Shown: positions 50,590 to 62,838 of the stretch, one piece after another
Layout: every line of letters starts with the position of its first letter
How positions within the stretch are numbered: position 1 is the stretch's first letter
NCBI GenBank assembly: GCA_964016885.1
Contig: OZ024743.1
Span: 151,404,001-151,468,000 of the forward strand
DNA: 64,000 nt
Direction: 5' to 3'
DNA from: Eledone cirrhosa
Lineage: Eukaryota
Translations under genes and position numbers: made by a program
Notes under the pieces: generated by a model
The model's database searches: none
What the model saw: only the letters and a program-made list of their open reading frames with translations
What the model was told of the DNA's origin: nothing

Positions 50590-53500
50590 ACAAGGGGCGG
50601 ATGGAGGCTCCATAAGCAGTAGAGAAGGCAACCCGTCTAGGAGAGCTAACACTCCGAATAAATTGTTGCGGGGTAGAGAAGTCCCCTAAGTTCAGTAAGA
50701 CAACTTCCCTAGTGCTGGTGGCATGAATAAAAGCACCCAGTCCATGCTATAAAAATAGAGGGGCGGATAGGGCCCCTGAGTCCAGTAAGACGACCTCTGT
50801 AGTGTTGGTGGTACGAATAAAAGCACCTAGTCCATGCTGTAAAATGGAGGGGTAAAGAGGGCGTCTGAGTCCAGTAAGACAACCTCTCTAGTGCTGGTGG
50901 CACAAATAAAAGCACCCAGTCCATGCTGTAAAGTGGTGCTGGTGTTAGGAAGGGCATCCAACCAGTATATATAGTACGGCCAAAAACTATGAGCACAACA
51001 AATCAGATTTGCAACAACTGCGTAAACAGCAATAACACTAACCATGTTAGGGCTGCGCAGGTAGTGGGGTGGCTGGTGTAGTCATGTGCGAGAAGCCCCC
51101 GACCATCGTCAAGCAATCGCACAACAACAACAACTGTGTAAACAGCAATAACACTAACCATGTTAGGGCTGTGCACGGTAGCGGGGTGGCTGGTAAGGCC
51201 ATATGCGAGAATCCCCCGACCGTCATCAAGCAATCGCACAACAGGAAAAAGAACAAGAATATGAAGATGTTGCATCTCAGAGTTGCCACACTTAATGTTG
51301 GCACTCTAACAGGTAGATCTGGTGAGATAGTGTAGATGCTGGAGAGAAGGCATGTGGATGTGTGCTGCGTGCAAGAGGTGAGATAGAGAGGTGCCTCTGC
51401 AAGACTAATCGCAGGCAAACATCTTAGTTATAAGCTTTTCTGGGTGGGTAATGATGATAGGTTAGGTGGGGTAGGCATATAACTGGCTGAGAGATGGATC
51501 GATAAGACAATAGAGGTAGTTAGAGTTAGTAATAGAATAATTAAGCTTAGATTAGTTTCAGGCAAGAGACTACTGACAATCATCTCTACTTATGCTCCCC
51601 AGGCAGGCCTAGGTAAAGAAGAGAAAGATTGCTTTTACGAGCAACTTTTACGAACAGCCTCAATGACAGAGGACAGAGACATCATTATGCTAGCAGGGGA
51701 TTTCAATGGTCATGTTGGACAACTCCAGGATGGATACACTGGGGTACATGCTGAGCACGGTTACGGCTCAAGAAATGAAGAAGTAGTAGTGAGGCTTCTT
51801 GAATTTTGTGATGCAAGTGCACTAACCATTTGCAACACTAACTTCCAGAAACCTACCAACCACCTAATAACCTACAAATCAGGCGAACACATAAGCCAGA
51901 TTGACTTCTTGCTAGTTAGACAGCGGGATGGACAGATGGTGTCAAATACTAAGGCATAACCCGGGGAAGAATGTACCCCACAGCATAGGTTAGTCGTTAG
52001 TGACATTTCAGTAAGCAAGAGAAAGAATGAGACATACAGGAAGGTGTGGAAAAGAAAGGTCTCGAAGCTAAAAGACCTTTCACTAAAATATAAATTTAGC
52101 AAAGCCCTTCAAGATGTGTATGACGAAAAAGAAGACGATTTAGAGTCGTGTGACATAGATGATAACAGGAATTTCTTGTGTGACAACTTACTGCAGGCTA
52201 CCGAAGAAACTTATGGCTGGGGCAGTGCTTCAACCAGACAGAGAATGACCTGGTAGTGGAACAGCACGGTAGATAGGGCCATTACATTAGAGACAAAAGA
52301 CTGGCATGGAAGGCTTGGAAAAATGCTGGGAGTAGAGAAGGATACACAGCTGCTAAGAGAGAAGCTAGACATCAGGTGTACTTAGCACACAAGGAGGCTG
52401 AGAGTAGGAGGTTTGCCAATGTTCTGTGATGGGAAGATAAGAGACGTGCGGTGTTCCGCATTGCAGGGCAGTATGTCAGTGCAAATCAGGATGTTGTTGG
52501 AGATAAGTGTGTCCAGAATGATGCCGGTGTACTTAGTGTCACGAAGGATAAAAAAAAAGGAGGCCTGGTAATGACATTATGAGAGACTGATGAATGTGGA
52601 GAACGAATGGGAGAGGGAGAAATTACCCCCAGTAGACCCGACAGAGGGACCAGCTATTGAGATTGACAAATATAGGGTACAAGAGGCAATTAAGGAAATG
52701 AAGAATGGTAAGGCTGCTGGACCGTCGGGGATAGTTGCTGAGATGCTGAAGGCATCAGGAGAAGTAGGCACTAAACTGGTTGCGCGCATCATCAATCAAG
52801 CTATATATGGTGGTGTCATACCCAAAGACTGGTGCAGCAGTATTCTCATCAATTGCTACAAAGGTAAAGGGGATGCTCTGGAGAGGAGCAATTATAGGGG
52901 CATAAAGCTGATTGATCAGGTTATGGAAGTGGCAGAGAGAATATTAGTGCAACTGATTAGAGAAAGGGTCAAATTAGATGAGATGCAGTTTGGTTTTGTG
53001 CCTTGAAAAAGTACAACAGATGCCTTCTTCTTAGTGAGACAACTACAAGAGAGGTTCCTAGAGAAGAATAAGCCACTATACTTAGCTTTTGTTGACCTAG
53101 AGAAGGCCTTTAATAGGGTACCTCGATCTGTCATCTGGTGGTCCCTAAGGAAACTAGGTGTAGAAGAATGGCTTGTGAGGACAGTGCAAGCTATATACAG
53201 GGGTGCTGTCAGTAAAGTGAGAGTAGGAATGGTGTTTAGTGAGGAATTCCAGATACAAGTAGGTGTACATCAGGGTTTGGTTCTCAGCCCGCTCTTGTTC
53301 ATTAGAGTCCTCCAAGCCATAACAGGAGTTTAAGACTGGATGCCAATGGGAACTTCTGTATGCTGATGATCTGGTTCTTATAGCAGACTCAGTAGAGGAG
53401 CTAGAGAATAAATTCTGGCTATAGAAACAGCAGTTGGAATCAAGAGGACTGAGTGTAAACATAGCTAAGACAAAAGTGCTGATAAGTAGAAGAGAGGACA

Positions 53501-54295
53501 AAACTCTGATTCCATCAGGCAAATTGCCATGTTCGATATGTAGAAAAGGAACTGGCATAAATTCCATAAAATGTATGCAATGCAGATCTTGAGTACACAA
53601 AAGATGTAGTCGGATAGCAGGCAAACTAACAGGTAGGGAAAATTACGTATGCAGTAGATCTACAGGGGGAAATTTGACAATAGTAATCGCAGTGATAGAC
53701 ACATCTTTCAAATGCAGGTGGGTTCTATAGAAGTGATTGATAGCTTTCGGTACCTAGGTGATCAGATTAGCATAGGGGGGGGGGGGGTCCGAGGCCATAG
53801 TATCTAGGGTTTCTCCTTGCGTACAAAAGGCCAGTTATATGATGCCTGTGTGAGGTGCGCGATGCTGCATGGTAGTGAGAGATGGGCAGCAACTGCAGAG
53901 GATATGCGACGGCTGGAGAGAAATGAAGTAATCATGCTCCATTGGATGTGCAATGTCAATGTGTGTGAACGACCAAGCATAGATGAGTTGAGAAAGAAAC
54001 TGGGTATAAGAGGGATAAGTTGTGGTGTGGAGGGGAGAGGACTGAGATGGTATGGACATGTGATGCGCATGGAGAATGACCGCAGGGTAAATAAGTGCCA
54101 AGAAATCCCAGTAGAAGGAAGGCTCACTAGAGGAAGACCACAAAAAACATGGGCGGAGGTGGTGAGAGCAGACCTCAGATCGCTGAAACTCACAAAGATG
54201 ACGAAGGACGATGACGAGTGGAGAGATACTGTGCTGAATAGGACCCGTCCCACCCTTGCAAGCAGGGAGAAGCGGACGTAAAATGATGATGATGA

Positions 54296-54299
<4 letters not shown>
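50590..54299 (+). mobile_element. Full-length but decayed RTE LINE (family A)
   Basis: 5' region with aggcaacccgtctaggag and tandem repeats, then APE, RT (YADD near 53359-53370), Cys/His finger, C-terminus and a (GAT)n tail running into (TA)n. Confidence 0.93.
51261..54281 (+). pseudogene. RTE family A ORF (APE-RT-PHD-like finger-C-terminus) with multiple stops and frameshifts
   Basis: MKMLHLRVATLNVGTL, GDFNGH, NYRGIKL, FVDLEKAF, GVHQG and LHGSE occur in successive short ORFs. Confidence 0.93.

Positions 54300-54357
<58 letters not shown>
54299..54357. repeat. (TA)n microsatellite between two tail-to-tail retroelements
   Basis: Read directly from the sequence. Confidence 0.98.
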
Positions 54358-54359
<2 letters not shown>

Positions 54360-55230
54360 ATCATCATCATCATTTAACGTCTATCTTCCATGCTAGCATG
54401 GGTTAGACGGGAATTGTCCCACTTGAGGCAAGATTGGTCAGGTGACCATGTCTTGCTCGTATAGGACTATCTGGCAGATTTTCTACCGATGGATGCCCTT
54501 CCTAACACCAACCACATTTACAGTGTGGACTGGGAGCTTTTTACTGTGTTGCCTACACGACCATATTAGAGCGTCGACTGTGTTTTTTTTTGTCGTGACA
54601 CTTCCACGACCTCATTAGTTTGGACTGGATGTTGTGGTACCAACATAACTTTACAGAGAAAGGGTGGTGTTGGTGGGAGTGGGAGAATGGAGTAGGGGTA
54701 GTGGGTTGGGGTGTATATTTGGTTAAGAGGTGCCTACTGACTGTAGGTTTCACTTTGTACATAGGCAATGCGGGTCTTCTGTATTACTGCGTGGCGCCAA
54801 AGATCTCGGTCCAGTGACATTGTCTTAGAGAGGTGCAAGTGTGTAAGGTCGGAATTTATCAAATCGTCCCAGGTGTTTCTGGGTCTACCTACTCCGTAAC
54901 TTCCATCAATTTTGATCACCCTGCACTTTTTTATCATCTTTCATGCGCACCACATGGCCATACCAATGTAGTCTTCTCTCAAGTAAACAGCATCTGATTC
55001 CATTTATTCTTAATTTCTCACTTAGTTCATTTATGTTTTGCCGTTTGCATATATTATTATTACACATCCAATGGAGCATGCATGCTTCATTCCTTTCCAG
55101 TCTGCGCAGGTCCTCTGCACACAATGCCCATGTCTCACTGCCATGTAGCATTGCTATTCGTATACAGGCATCATACAATCTGGCTTTCATTTTTAGAGAG
55201 AAACCTTTTGTGGCCATCAGCAGTATAAGC
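54360..55230 (-). mobile_element. 5'-truncated RTE LINE (family B) with a long 3' region ending in an RTE tail
   Basis: [18 protein letters not shown]...LHGSETW...WYGHV and GRPRNTW on the minus strand. Stop at 54734, then about 370 nt of non-coding sequence to a (GAT)n tail. Confidence 0.88.
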
Positions 55231-55261
55231 TCTCTCTCTCTTTATATATATATATACATAA

Positions 55262-55320
55262 ATCATTATTTAACGTCCATCTTCCCTGCTAGCATGGGTT
55301 GGACGGTTTTGTCCCACTTG

Positions 55321-55369
<49 letters not shown>

Positions 55370-55401
55370 CATATACACACACACACATCCAAACCCACTT
55401 G

Positions 55402-55450
<49 letters not shown>

Positions 55451-55591
55451 CATATACACACACACACGTCCAAACCCATGCAAGCGTGGAACACGGACGT
55501 TAAACGTTGATGATGATGATGATGATGATATACACACATATATATACAAATATATATATATACCAATATATATATACACATATATATACAA

Positions 55592-55644
<53 letters not shown>

Positions 55645-55670
55645 ATACACATTTATACATATATACTGGA
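55262..55670. repeat. Compound (TA)n/(CA)n block with two oppositely oriented RTE-type tails and an internal tandem duplication
   Basis: cccacttgagg(TA)n...(CA)n tccaaa occurs twice. Tails at 55262-55322 (-) and 55468-55529 (+). Confidence 0.85.
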
Positions 55671-56399
55671 TATGTTTATCTTGTAGGTCACCAAACACTA
55701 GGTAGGTTGTCTTTGACATGACTGAAAGGTTCTCCCAACCTTTTGTTTGGCAAGCTTTCTATGACTGAAGGTTCCTTTCAACCCTTATACATATGATAAT
55801 TAGTTTTGGTTGATCCAAGCATTCAACCAATAGTGATGTAATCAGGCCGAAGCACTCAAAGTCATGCATGCTACAAGATATTGGTATCAGACAGAGTATC
55901 AATATTGAATAAAGGAAGAGAGACCATATCAAATATTCAACATCAGTTTATTCCATTTCATCATCTTACTATACACATTTCAAAAGCATCAAAAGGTTGT
56001 TATTCAACAATTATCCAATGCATGAACATCAGACAGGAAGTTCAGATTTAAATGAAAGTAAAGTTTGTTTTAGTTTTGATATGCCTACCATTGAAGAGGT
56101 CTTTACACTTAATGCCTGGTATTCTAGTACTGGCAGGTCAGAGGATATGGGAGAAAGAGTTACAATGGTGGTAGCAGTAGGTGGTGGAAGTAGGTCAGTG
56201 AACTAAAAGGAGTCAGACTATTCAATCTATGGTCAATCTTTCTGGTTCCTAAAAGATTATAAAACAGTTAATTAAGCTATTTAATGTCTTTATTGGTTAA
56301 TCCCCAGTAGGTGGTAAAGGTCATCTTACCCTTAACTACCATGTTAGCATTAGTAAGTCTATGGAGCATCATCATCTATCTAAGGTGTTGTACACAGGG

Positions 56400-57690
56400 A
56401 AGAGGGTGTGTGTTAAAGCTAAAGCTAAAGCTTGTGAGTGTTGCTAAATGTGTGATCTAGATCTAAGTATAGTGGGTTCACATTGACATAGTCATATGCA
56501 TGTGTGCATAGTCCATAGTCCTGAAGTGTAAAGAGGAGATGGCCATGGTGTTTGATGCATGCAAATGATCTGGTACTAATAGCAGAGAATATAGAAGGAT
56601 TGAGGGAAAATATGAATCAGTGGAAGGAATGTATGAAGGCAAAAGTTACGAAGATGGATATAGGAGAGAGAAAGGTGATGGCAAGTAGTAAAGTACTTGA
56701 AGAGATGGAAATAACAAGGTGACCATGTGCAGTAAGAAGAAAGTGTGTGGAAATGAATACCATTAAATGTACAATCGGTGGATTGGCAGTATCGGTGGAA
56801 GGTCGGACGCCATGCTTTCCAGCATAGTTACGTCCCTTTACGATCTGAGTTCAAATCCCGCCGAGGTTTACTTTGCCTTTCATCCTTACGGGGTCGATAA
56901 AATAAAGTACCAGTAATGTACTGGAATAATTGCTGGCCTTGTGCCAAAAGTAGAAACAATTAAATGTACAATAGCAGTGAGAGAGTCCATAAAACATGTA
57001 ATGGTGTAAAGTGATTATTAAATAATGTGGCAGCTACATTTAAATGTAAAGTGTATATAGAGGGAGCTACATATGGAAAGGATGTGTTGAGCTGGATCTT
57101 GGGATTAGTGTGAATATGAAAGGTGTAAAAAAAAGTTTTGTTAACTTGGAAACATGTTGAATGGAAAGGGTGAACCAAACGCTGTGACATTATCTAGAGT
57201 GAAGAGTGCATGGAAGAAATTACAAGAACTGAGAAGAGGAGTGTCACTAAAACTGAAGGGGAAAGTATATGGCTGCATATGTGAAAAGTGCTATGATTTA
57301 TGCATGATATATGTGGAGCAATAGAGAATGATGGAAAGAATGGAAATGACAATGGTTTGGTGGATGAGTCAAATATCACTAAAAGGAAAACAAACTATGA
57401 ATTATAGAGGATGATCAGAATAGAACCAGTGATGAATATTGTGAAGAGAAATGGAATAAAATGATTGGATCATCTGTTGAGGAAAGATGAAAGTGACTGG
57501 GTGAGAGGAAATATTTGTGGATGTACATGAAGGGTAAGACCAAGAAAGACATGGGTAAAATGATGGAGGAGGAAATGAAAGTCAGGTGGTTGGTTAGCAG
57601 GGATGCAGACTATAGTGAAAAATGGAGAAGCTTGTCATGAAACTCACTATGTTAATCCATGCTTTAGCAGGGAAGATAGCTTTGGAATGT
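56400..57690 (+). mobile_element. Old decayed RTE fragment, interrupted by a SINE
   Basis: Remnants ANDLVLIAE, NTIKCT, WIGHLLRK and G.RPRKTW, with strong purine skew. Confidence 0.7.
56776..56958 (+). mobile_element. Full-length tRNA-derived SINE with a 14-bp TSD
   Basis: A box TGGCAGTATCGG, B box GAGTTCAAATCC, body gcctttcatccttacggggtcgataaaataaagtacc. TSD ATTAAATGTACAAT at 56762-56775 and 56959-56972. Confidence 0.93.
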
Positions 57691-57719
57691 TTTTTTGTTA
57701 TCTCAGTTTGTATGTCCAC

Positions 57720-58800
57720 TGCTTGCCACAGCGTACAGAGGTGCAGTCAGCAAGGTTAGCATTAACAATGAGTATAGTGACAAGTTTTGCATGCAGGTAA
57801 GCTGTCTACTAGGGCTCTGTCCGCAGCTCTTTTGTGTTTATTATAGTTCTCCAGGCCATAAGAGGTGTTTAAAACTGGCTACCTATGGAAATTCCTAATA
57901 TTCAGAAAAGCTAGTTCTCATAGATAAATCTGCAGAGTAACTTCCAGATTCAGAAGCAAAATCTGGAATATAAAGGCTTCAAAGTCAAATTTATGAAGAG
58001 TAAAGTCCTGGTAAGTAGGAAAGATGGCAGGGCCCTGATTCTGTCAGTGAAATGGCCATGCCCAAAATGTAAAAAAGAGAGTAGATACAAATTTCATAAA
58101 GTATACAAAATGTAAACTATAGTTACACAAATGATGTAGCAGGATCTCAGCCACACTAACAAAGAATATAGATTTTGTATGTGACAGATGCACAGGAGAT
58201 GTAAGCTACAAGAGCTCACATGAAACAGGCACTATCAAATACCTAGACAGTTCCCTAAAAGTGGTTGACAGTTTCCATTACCTAGGTGAATTAATTTGCT
58301 GTGGAGTTAGTTGTTTTGAAAGTACAGAAGCTTGATAATGGGGCTGGGTGTTCAGGAAGCTTCTATCTTTGCAGGTTACAAAGGGTTTCTTTCTAAGAAT
58401 AAAAAGCAGATTACATGAGGCCTCTGAGCAGACTGTGGTACTGCACAGAAGTGAGACTTAGACCTTGAATACAGATGATCTGCAAAAATTGTAAAAAAGA
58501 AATGAGCTGTGCATGCTCTAATGAATGTGTAATACTAGTGTGTATGATGGAATATTAATGAACTGAGAGAAAAGATTAGCAGAATTAGGATTAGATGCAG
58601 TAAGCAAGAGAAAAGACTGCACTGGTTTTTACATGTGATGCATAAGAAAAATGACAATAACATACAGAAGTGCAGGGTACTCAAAACTAATGGAACCCAG
58701 AAAAACTTAAGATGAGGAAAGAGTTAACCTCATGGAGCTGAACTTCATGAAGGTGACACAGGATCAAATTGATTGGTGATTTTCCATACTACAGACCGAG
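57720..58800 (+). mobile_element. Old decayed RTE fragment (RT 3' half, finger, C-terminus)
   Basis: YRGAVSKVSINNEYS, KWPCPKC, FVCDRCTG, VVDSFHYLG, LHRSET and LHWFLHVM remnants. Confidence 0.8.
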
Positions 58801-60918
58801 CATGGGGACGGTGGTAGTGAAGAAGCAGAGGCTTAATGATATTTAGGTCCCCACCTACTAATTTACTCTCACTCCCACTCTTCACCACTCCAGTCTGGCC
58901 CTGATCCTTAGCTGTAGCTTTCTTTCTCCCTCATTATATAACTCCCCCACTTAATTTGTCCTTACTCACTCACATCCTTGAGTATCCCTTCCTTTGCCCA
59001 ACCCATGTGAGAAGGGAAGGACAGCAGCACTCACAATGTACTGCCAAAGTCATTCACTCTCTCCAAGGCCACCCCCACCACAACATGATAAATTGCCCTT
59101 CAAAGGAGATAATAAAGTCAGTTATAAGAACATTTTAAGTTTTGATCTGTAAAATTCTTTCTCAGTGTACTTTTGTTTTGAGGACGCCATGTGTGTATGT
59201 GTGTGTGTTAGCTGTTCAATCAACTGAATATCCTACTCACTGAATTAGCAAGTGAAGTGGTTGAATATCCCACAGACATGTACCCTTAATACCATTCTCA
59301 GATAACATCAGTGTAACACAGTGTGACATGGCTGTACTCTTGAATTACAGGTACAATACATTTGATGAACTTCCTTACAATTTTTGTCTATTCAATTTCA
59401 CTCGCAAAGTTATGGCAAAAAAAAAAAAATTGCCCAAGATGCCTTGCAGTGGGACTGAACCTAGGACCTTATGATTGTGAAGCAAACTTCTTAATCACTT
59501 ATTTAATCCAGACTTGAATGCTGACTTCACCATTTTACAAAAAAAATGTGTTTTTTTCACTTCACAATACATATTTTAAGATTAATTTCTATTAATTTAA
59601 ACTTATAGAATGCATTACCACTCGCCCTGAAAGAATGATGACTATAAGAAAAAAGAAAACAATTTGCAAACTTGTTACTTAAGAAAGTAAGAAGAAAGCA
59701 ACAAAACAAAACAATAGCTCAATAGAATAGAGCAAATGATGATGGTTTACATCAAACATTCCATGAACAAAACAGTTAATTAACAGCTAAAGATTTTAAA
59801 TGAATAAAGGTGATTAACATCTAAATATTCAATTGTAATTCAACAATAAGTAAATTTAAAACAAAGTAAGATCACTTAGAAGAAATAGTCCAACATTCTT
59901 TAATATATGAAGTTTGACTAATACATGCTTAAAATTATTTCCTTGGGGAATGCAGCAGACATCTTAGTTACAGAGAGAGCTGTATAATCATGTTCAGTAA
60001 TGAAGTCAACACGTTGGATCAACAGAAAACTAAAATTGTTTTTTGTTTTTGTTTTTTTTCTTCGAAGAAGTTATATTTTGAACAAGGTCTAATATTATTA
60101 TTATATAAACTGATAGATATAAAGGAGAAAAGAATAAAATATAGAAGGAAATAAAGTGTGTCTGAACGCAAAAATGCAAGCAACTTCTTTTTAGATCAAT
60201 GATTCCATTTTAAATATGAAAAGTCAACATTTATTCTACTGAAATATGTTTTTGAAGTTGTGTGTTTATTAAGCTGCAATGTCTTTATAATCTAGCTTAA
60301 AGGATAAACTGTTTTTTGTCTTACAAGCTCTAATTGCAGGTAAAGATATCAGAATTAACAGGTATATACAAGAATGAAGTTTAATTAAATTCAAAGATTC
60401 ACCATTCAATAATATGACTGTCTTCATCTCTTGTATGGGGACAATATAACATAGTCAGCAAGATTGACATTAATGTCAGTCGACTTGACAATGAATATTC
60501 ATGTGAAGGTGTAAAGTCTATTCAACTCAAATCCATAATTCATTAAAGTAACTGGGTGTGAAAATATCTTACATGTATCTATCTGAAAACTTAATATGAT
60601 ACTAGATACCTTTGGAGTATAAGTGATAAACTTTTTCTGTTTACTACACAACTTTCTATCATTGTATCACTTGTTAGTTGTAGATTGTTCTAGAAATCCG
60701 AGTGTTATTTCAATTGACTGAGTAAACATAGAGCCACTTGGTACTGACAGGAAATAGAATAACTGTTCTTTCCTAAAGAATCTGTATCTCTGTGTATGAA
60801 TGCAAAACAATCTCTAAAGATAGTTTGTGAGGTCAAGTAGCTAATTTCCAACATAGTTTTGCTTACTTGATCTCTCTGACACATTAACATATATATATAT
60901 ATATATATATATAAGAAT

Positions 60919-62838
60919 ATACAGCCGCTAAGAGAGAAGCTAGACGTCAGGTGTACTTAGTACGCAGGGAGGCTGAGAGTAGGAGGTTTGCCAATGTTCT
61001 GCGACGGGAAGATCAGAGGCGTGCGGTGTTCCACATTGCAAGACAGTGTGTCAATGCAAATCAGGATGTTGTTGGAGATAAATGTGTCTGGAATGATGCC
61101 GGTGTACTTAGTGTCATGAATGATCAGAAAAAGGAGGCCTGGAAATGTCATTATGAGAGACTGATGAATGTGGAGAATGAATGGGAGAGAGAGAAATTAC
61201 CCTCAGTAAAGATCCGACAGAGGGACCAGCTATTGAGATTGACGAATATAGGGTCCAAGAGGCGATTAAGGAAATGAAAAATGGTAAGGCTGCTGGACCA
61301 TCGGGAATAGTTGCTGAGATGCTGAAGGCATCAGGGGACGTAGGCACTAAGCTGGTTGCATGCATCATCAATCAGGCTATATATGGTGGTGTCATACCCA
61401 AAGATTGGTGCAGAAGTATTCTCATAAATTGCTACAAAGGTAAAGGGGATGCTCTGGAGAGGAGCAATTATAGAGGTATAAAACTGATGGATCAGGTTAT
61501 GAAAGTGGCAGAAAGGATATTAGCACAACTAGATGAGATGCAGTTTGGTTTTGTGCCTGGCAAGAGTACAACAGATGCCCTCTTCTTGGTGAGACAAATG
61601 CAAGAGAGGTTCTTAGAGAAAAATAAGCCACTATACTTAGCCTTTGTTGACCTAGAGAAGGCCTTTGATAGGTTAACCCGATCTGTCATCTGGTGGTCCC
61701 TAAGGAAACTAGGTGTTGAGGAATGGCTTGTGAGGACAGTGCAAACTTTTTACAGAAGTACTGTCAGTAAAGTCAGGGTAGGAATGGAGTTTAGTGAGGA
61801 ATTCCAGATACAAGTAAGAATACATCAAGGTTCGGTCCTCAGCCCACTCTAGTTCATTATAGACCTCGAAGCCATAACAGAGGAGATAAAGACTGGCTGT
61901 CCATGGGAACTTCTCTAAGCTGACGATCTGGTTCTTATAGCAGAATCAGTAGAGGAGTTAGAGAATAAATTCTGGCTTTCAAAACAGCAGTTGGAAGCAA
62001 GAGGACTGAGAGTGAACCTAGCTAAGACAAAAGTGTTGATGAGTAGAAAAGAGGACAAGACTCTGATTCCGTCAGGGAAATGGCCATGTTCGATATGCAG
62101 AAAAGGAACTGGCATAAATTCTATAAAATGCACACAATGCAGATCCTGGGTACACAAGAGATGTAGCGGGATAGCAGGCAAACTAACAGGTAGGGAGAAA
62201 TATGTGTGCAGTAGATGTACAGGGAAATTAGACAATAGAAGTTGCATTGATAGACACATTTTTCAAATGCAGGAGGGTGCTATAGAAGTGGTGGATATCT
62301 TCCGGTACCTAAGAGATCAGATTAGCATGGGAGGGGGGTGCTCCAAGGCCATAGTATCTAGAATAAGGACGGGTTGGAAGAAGTTTAGGGAGCTGATGTT
62401 GCATGGTAGTGAGACATGGGCAGCAACTGCAAGGGATATGCGACGGCTGGAGAGAAATGAGGCAAGCATGTTCCGTTGGATGTGCAGTGTCAATGTGCGT
62501 GAACGACCCAGCATGAATGTGTTGAGAGAGAAACTGTGTTTGAGAGGGATAGAATGTAGTGTACGGGAGAGGAGACTGAAGTGGTATGGACATGTGATGC
62601 GCATGGAGGATGACCGATGGGTAAAGAAGTGCCAGGAAATGCCAGTTGAAGGAAGACGTGGTAGAGGTAGACCACGAAAAACATGGGTGGAGGTGGTGAG
62701 AACAGACCTCAGATCGCTGAAGCTCACGGTGGAGATGGCGAAGGACTGTGACAAGTGGAGAGATGCTGTGCTGAATAAGACCCATCCCACCCTTGCAAGC
62801 AGGGAAGAGCGGACGTAAAATGATGATGATGATGATGA
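60919..62838 (+). mobile_element. 5'-truncated RTE LINE (family A) inserted in (TA)n
   Basis: RT motifs, an intact C4HC3 finger (62087-62218) and a (GAT)n tail. TA runs at 60889-60913 and 62838-62850. Confidence 0.95.

Noticed and set aside
50400-50700. HDV-like ribozyme at the RTE 5' end
   Set aside because: Such ribozymes occur in some RTEs, but I could not assemble the nested double pseudoknot by eye here or at 2300-2930. A motif search is needed.
55313-55475. Duplicated cccacttgagg(TA)n(CA)n unit as a functional array
   Set aside because: Best explained by slippage or local misassembly in low-complexity sequence.
55266-55721. ORFs rich in YIYI, CVCV or THTH (also near 26653, 53804 and 63453-63708)
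   Set aside because: They are translations of microsatellites.
56776-56865. Functional tRNA gene (also 28790-28868)
   Set aside because: A and B boxes are present, but I could not fold a full cloverleaf. The sequence continues into a SINE body and is flanked by TSDs.
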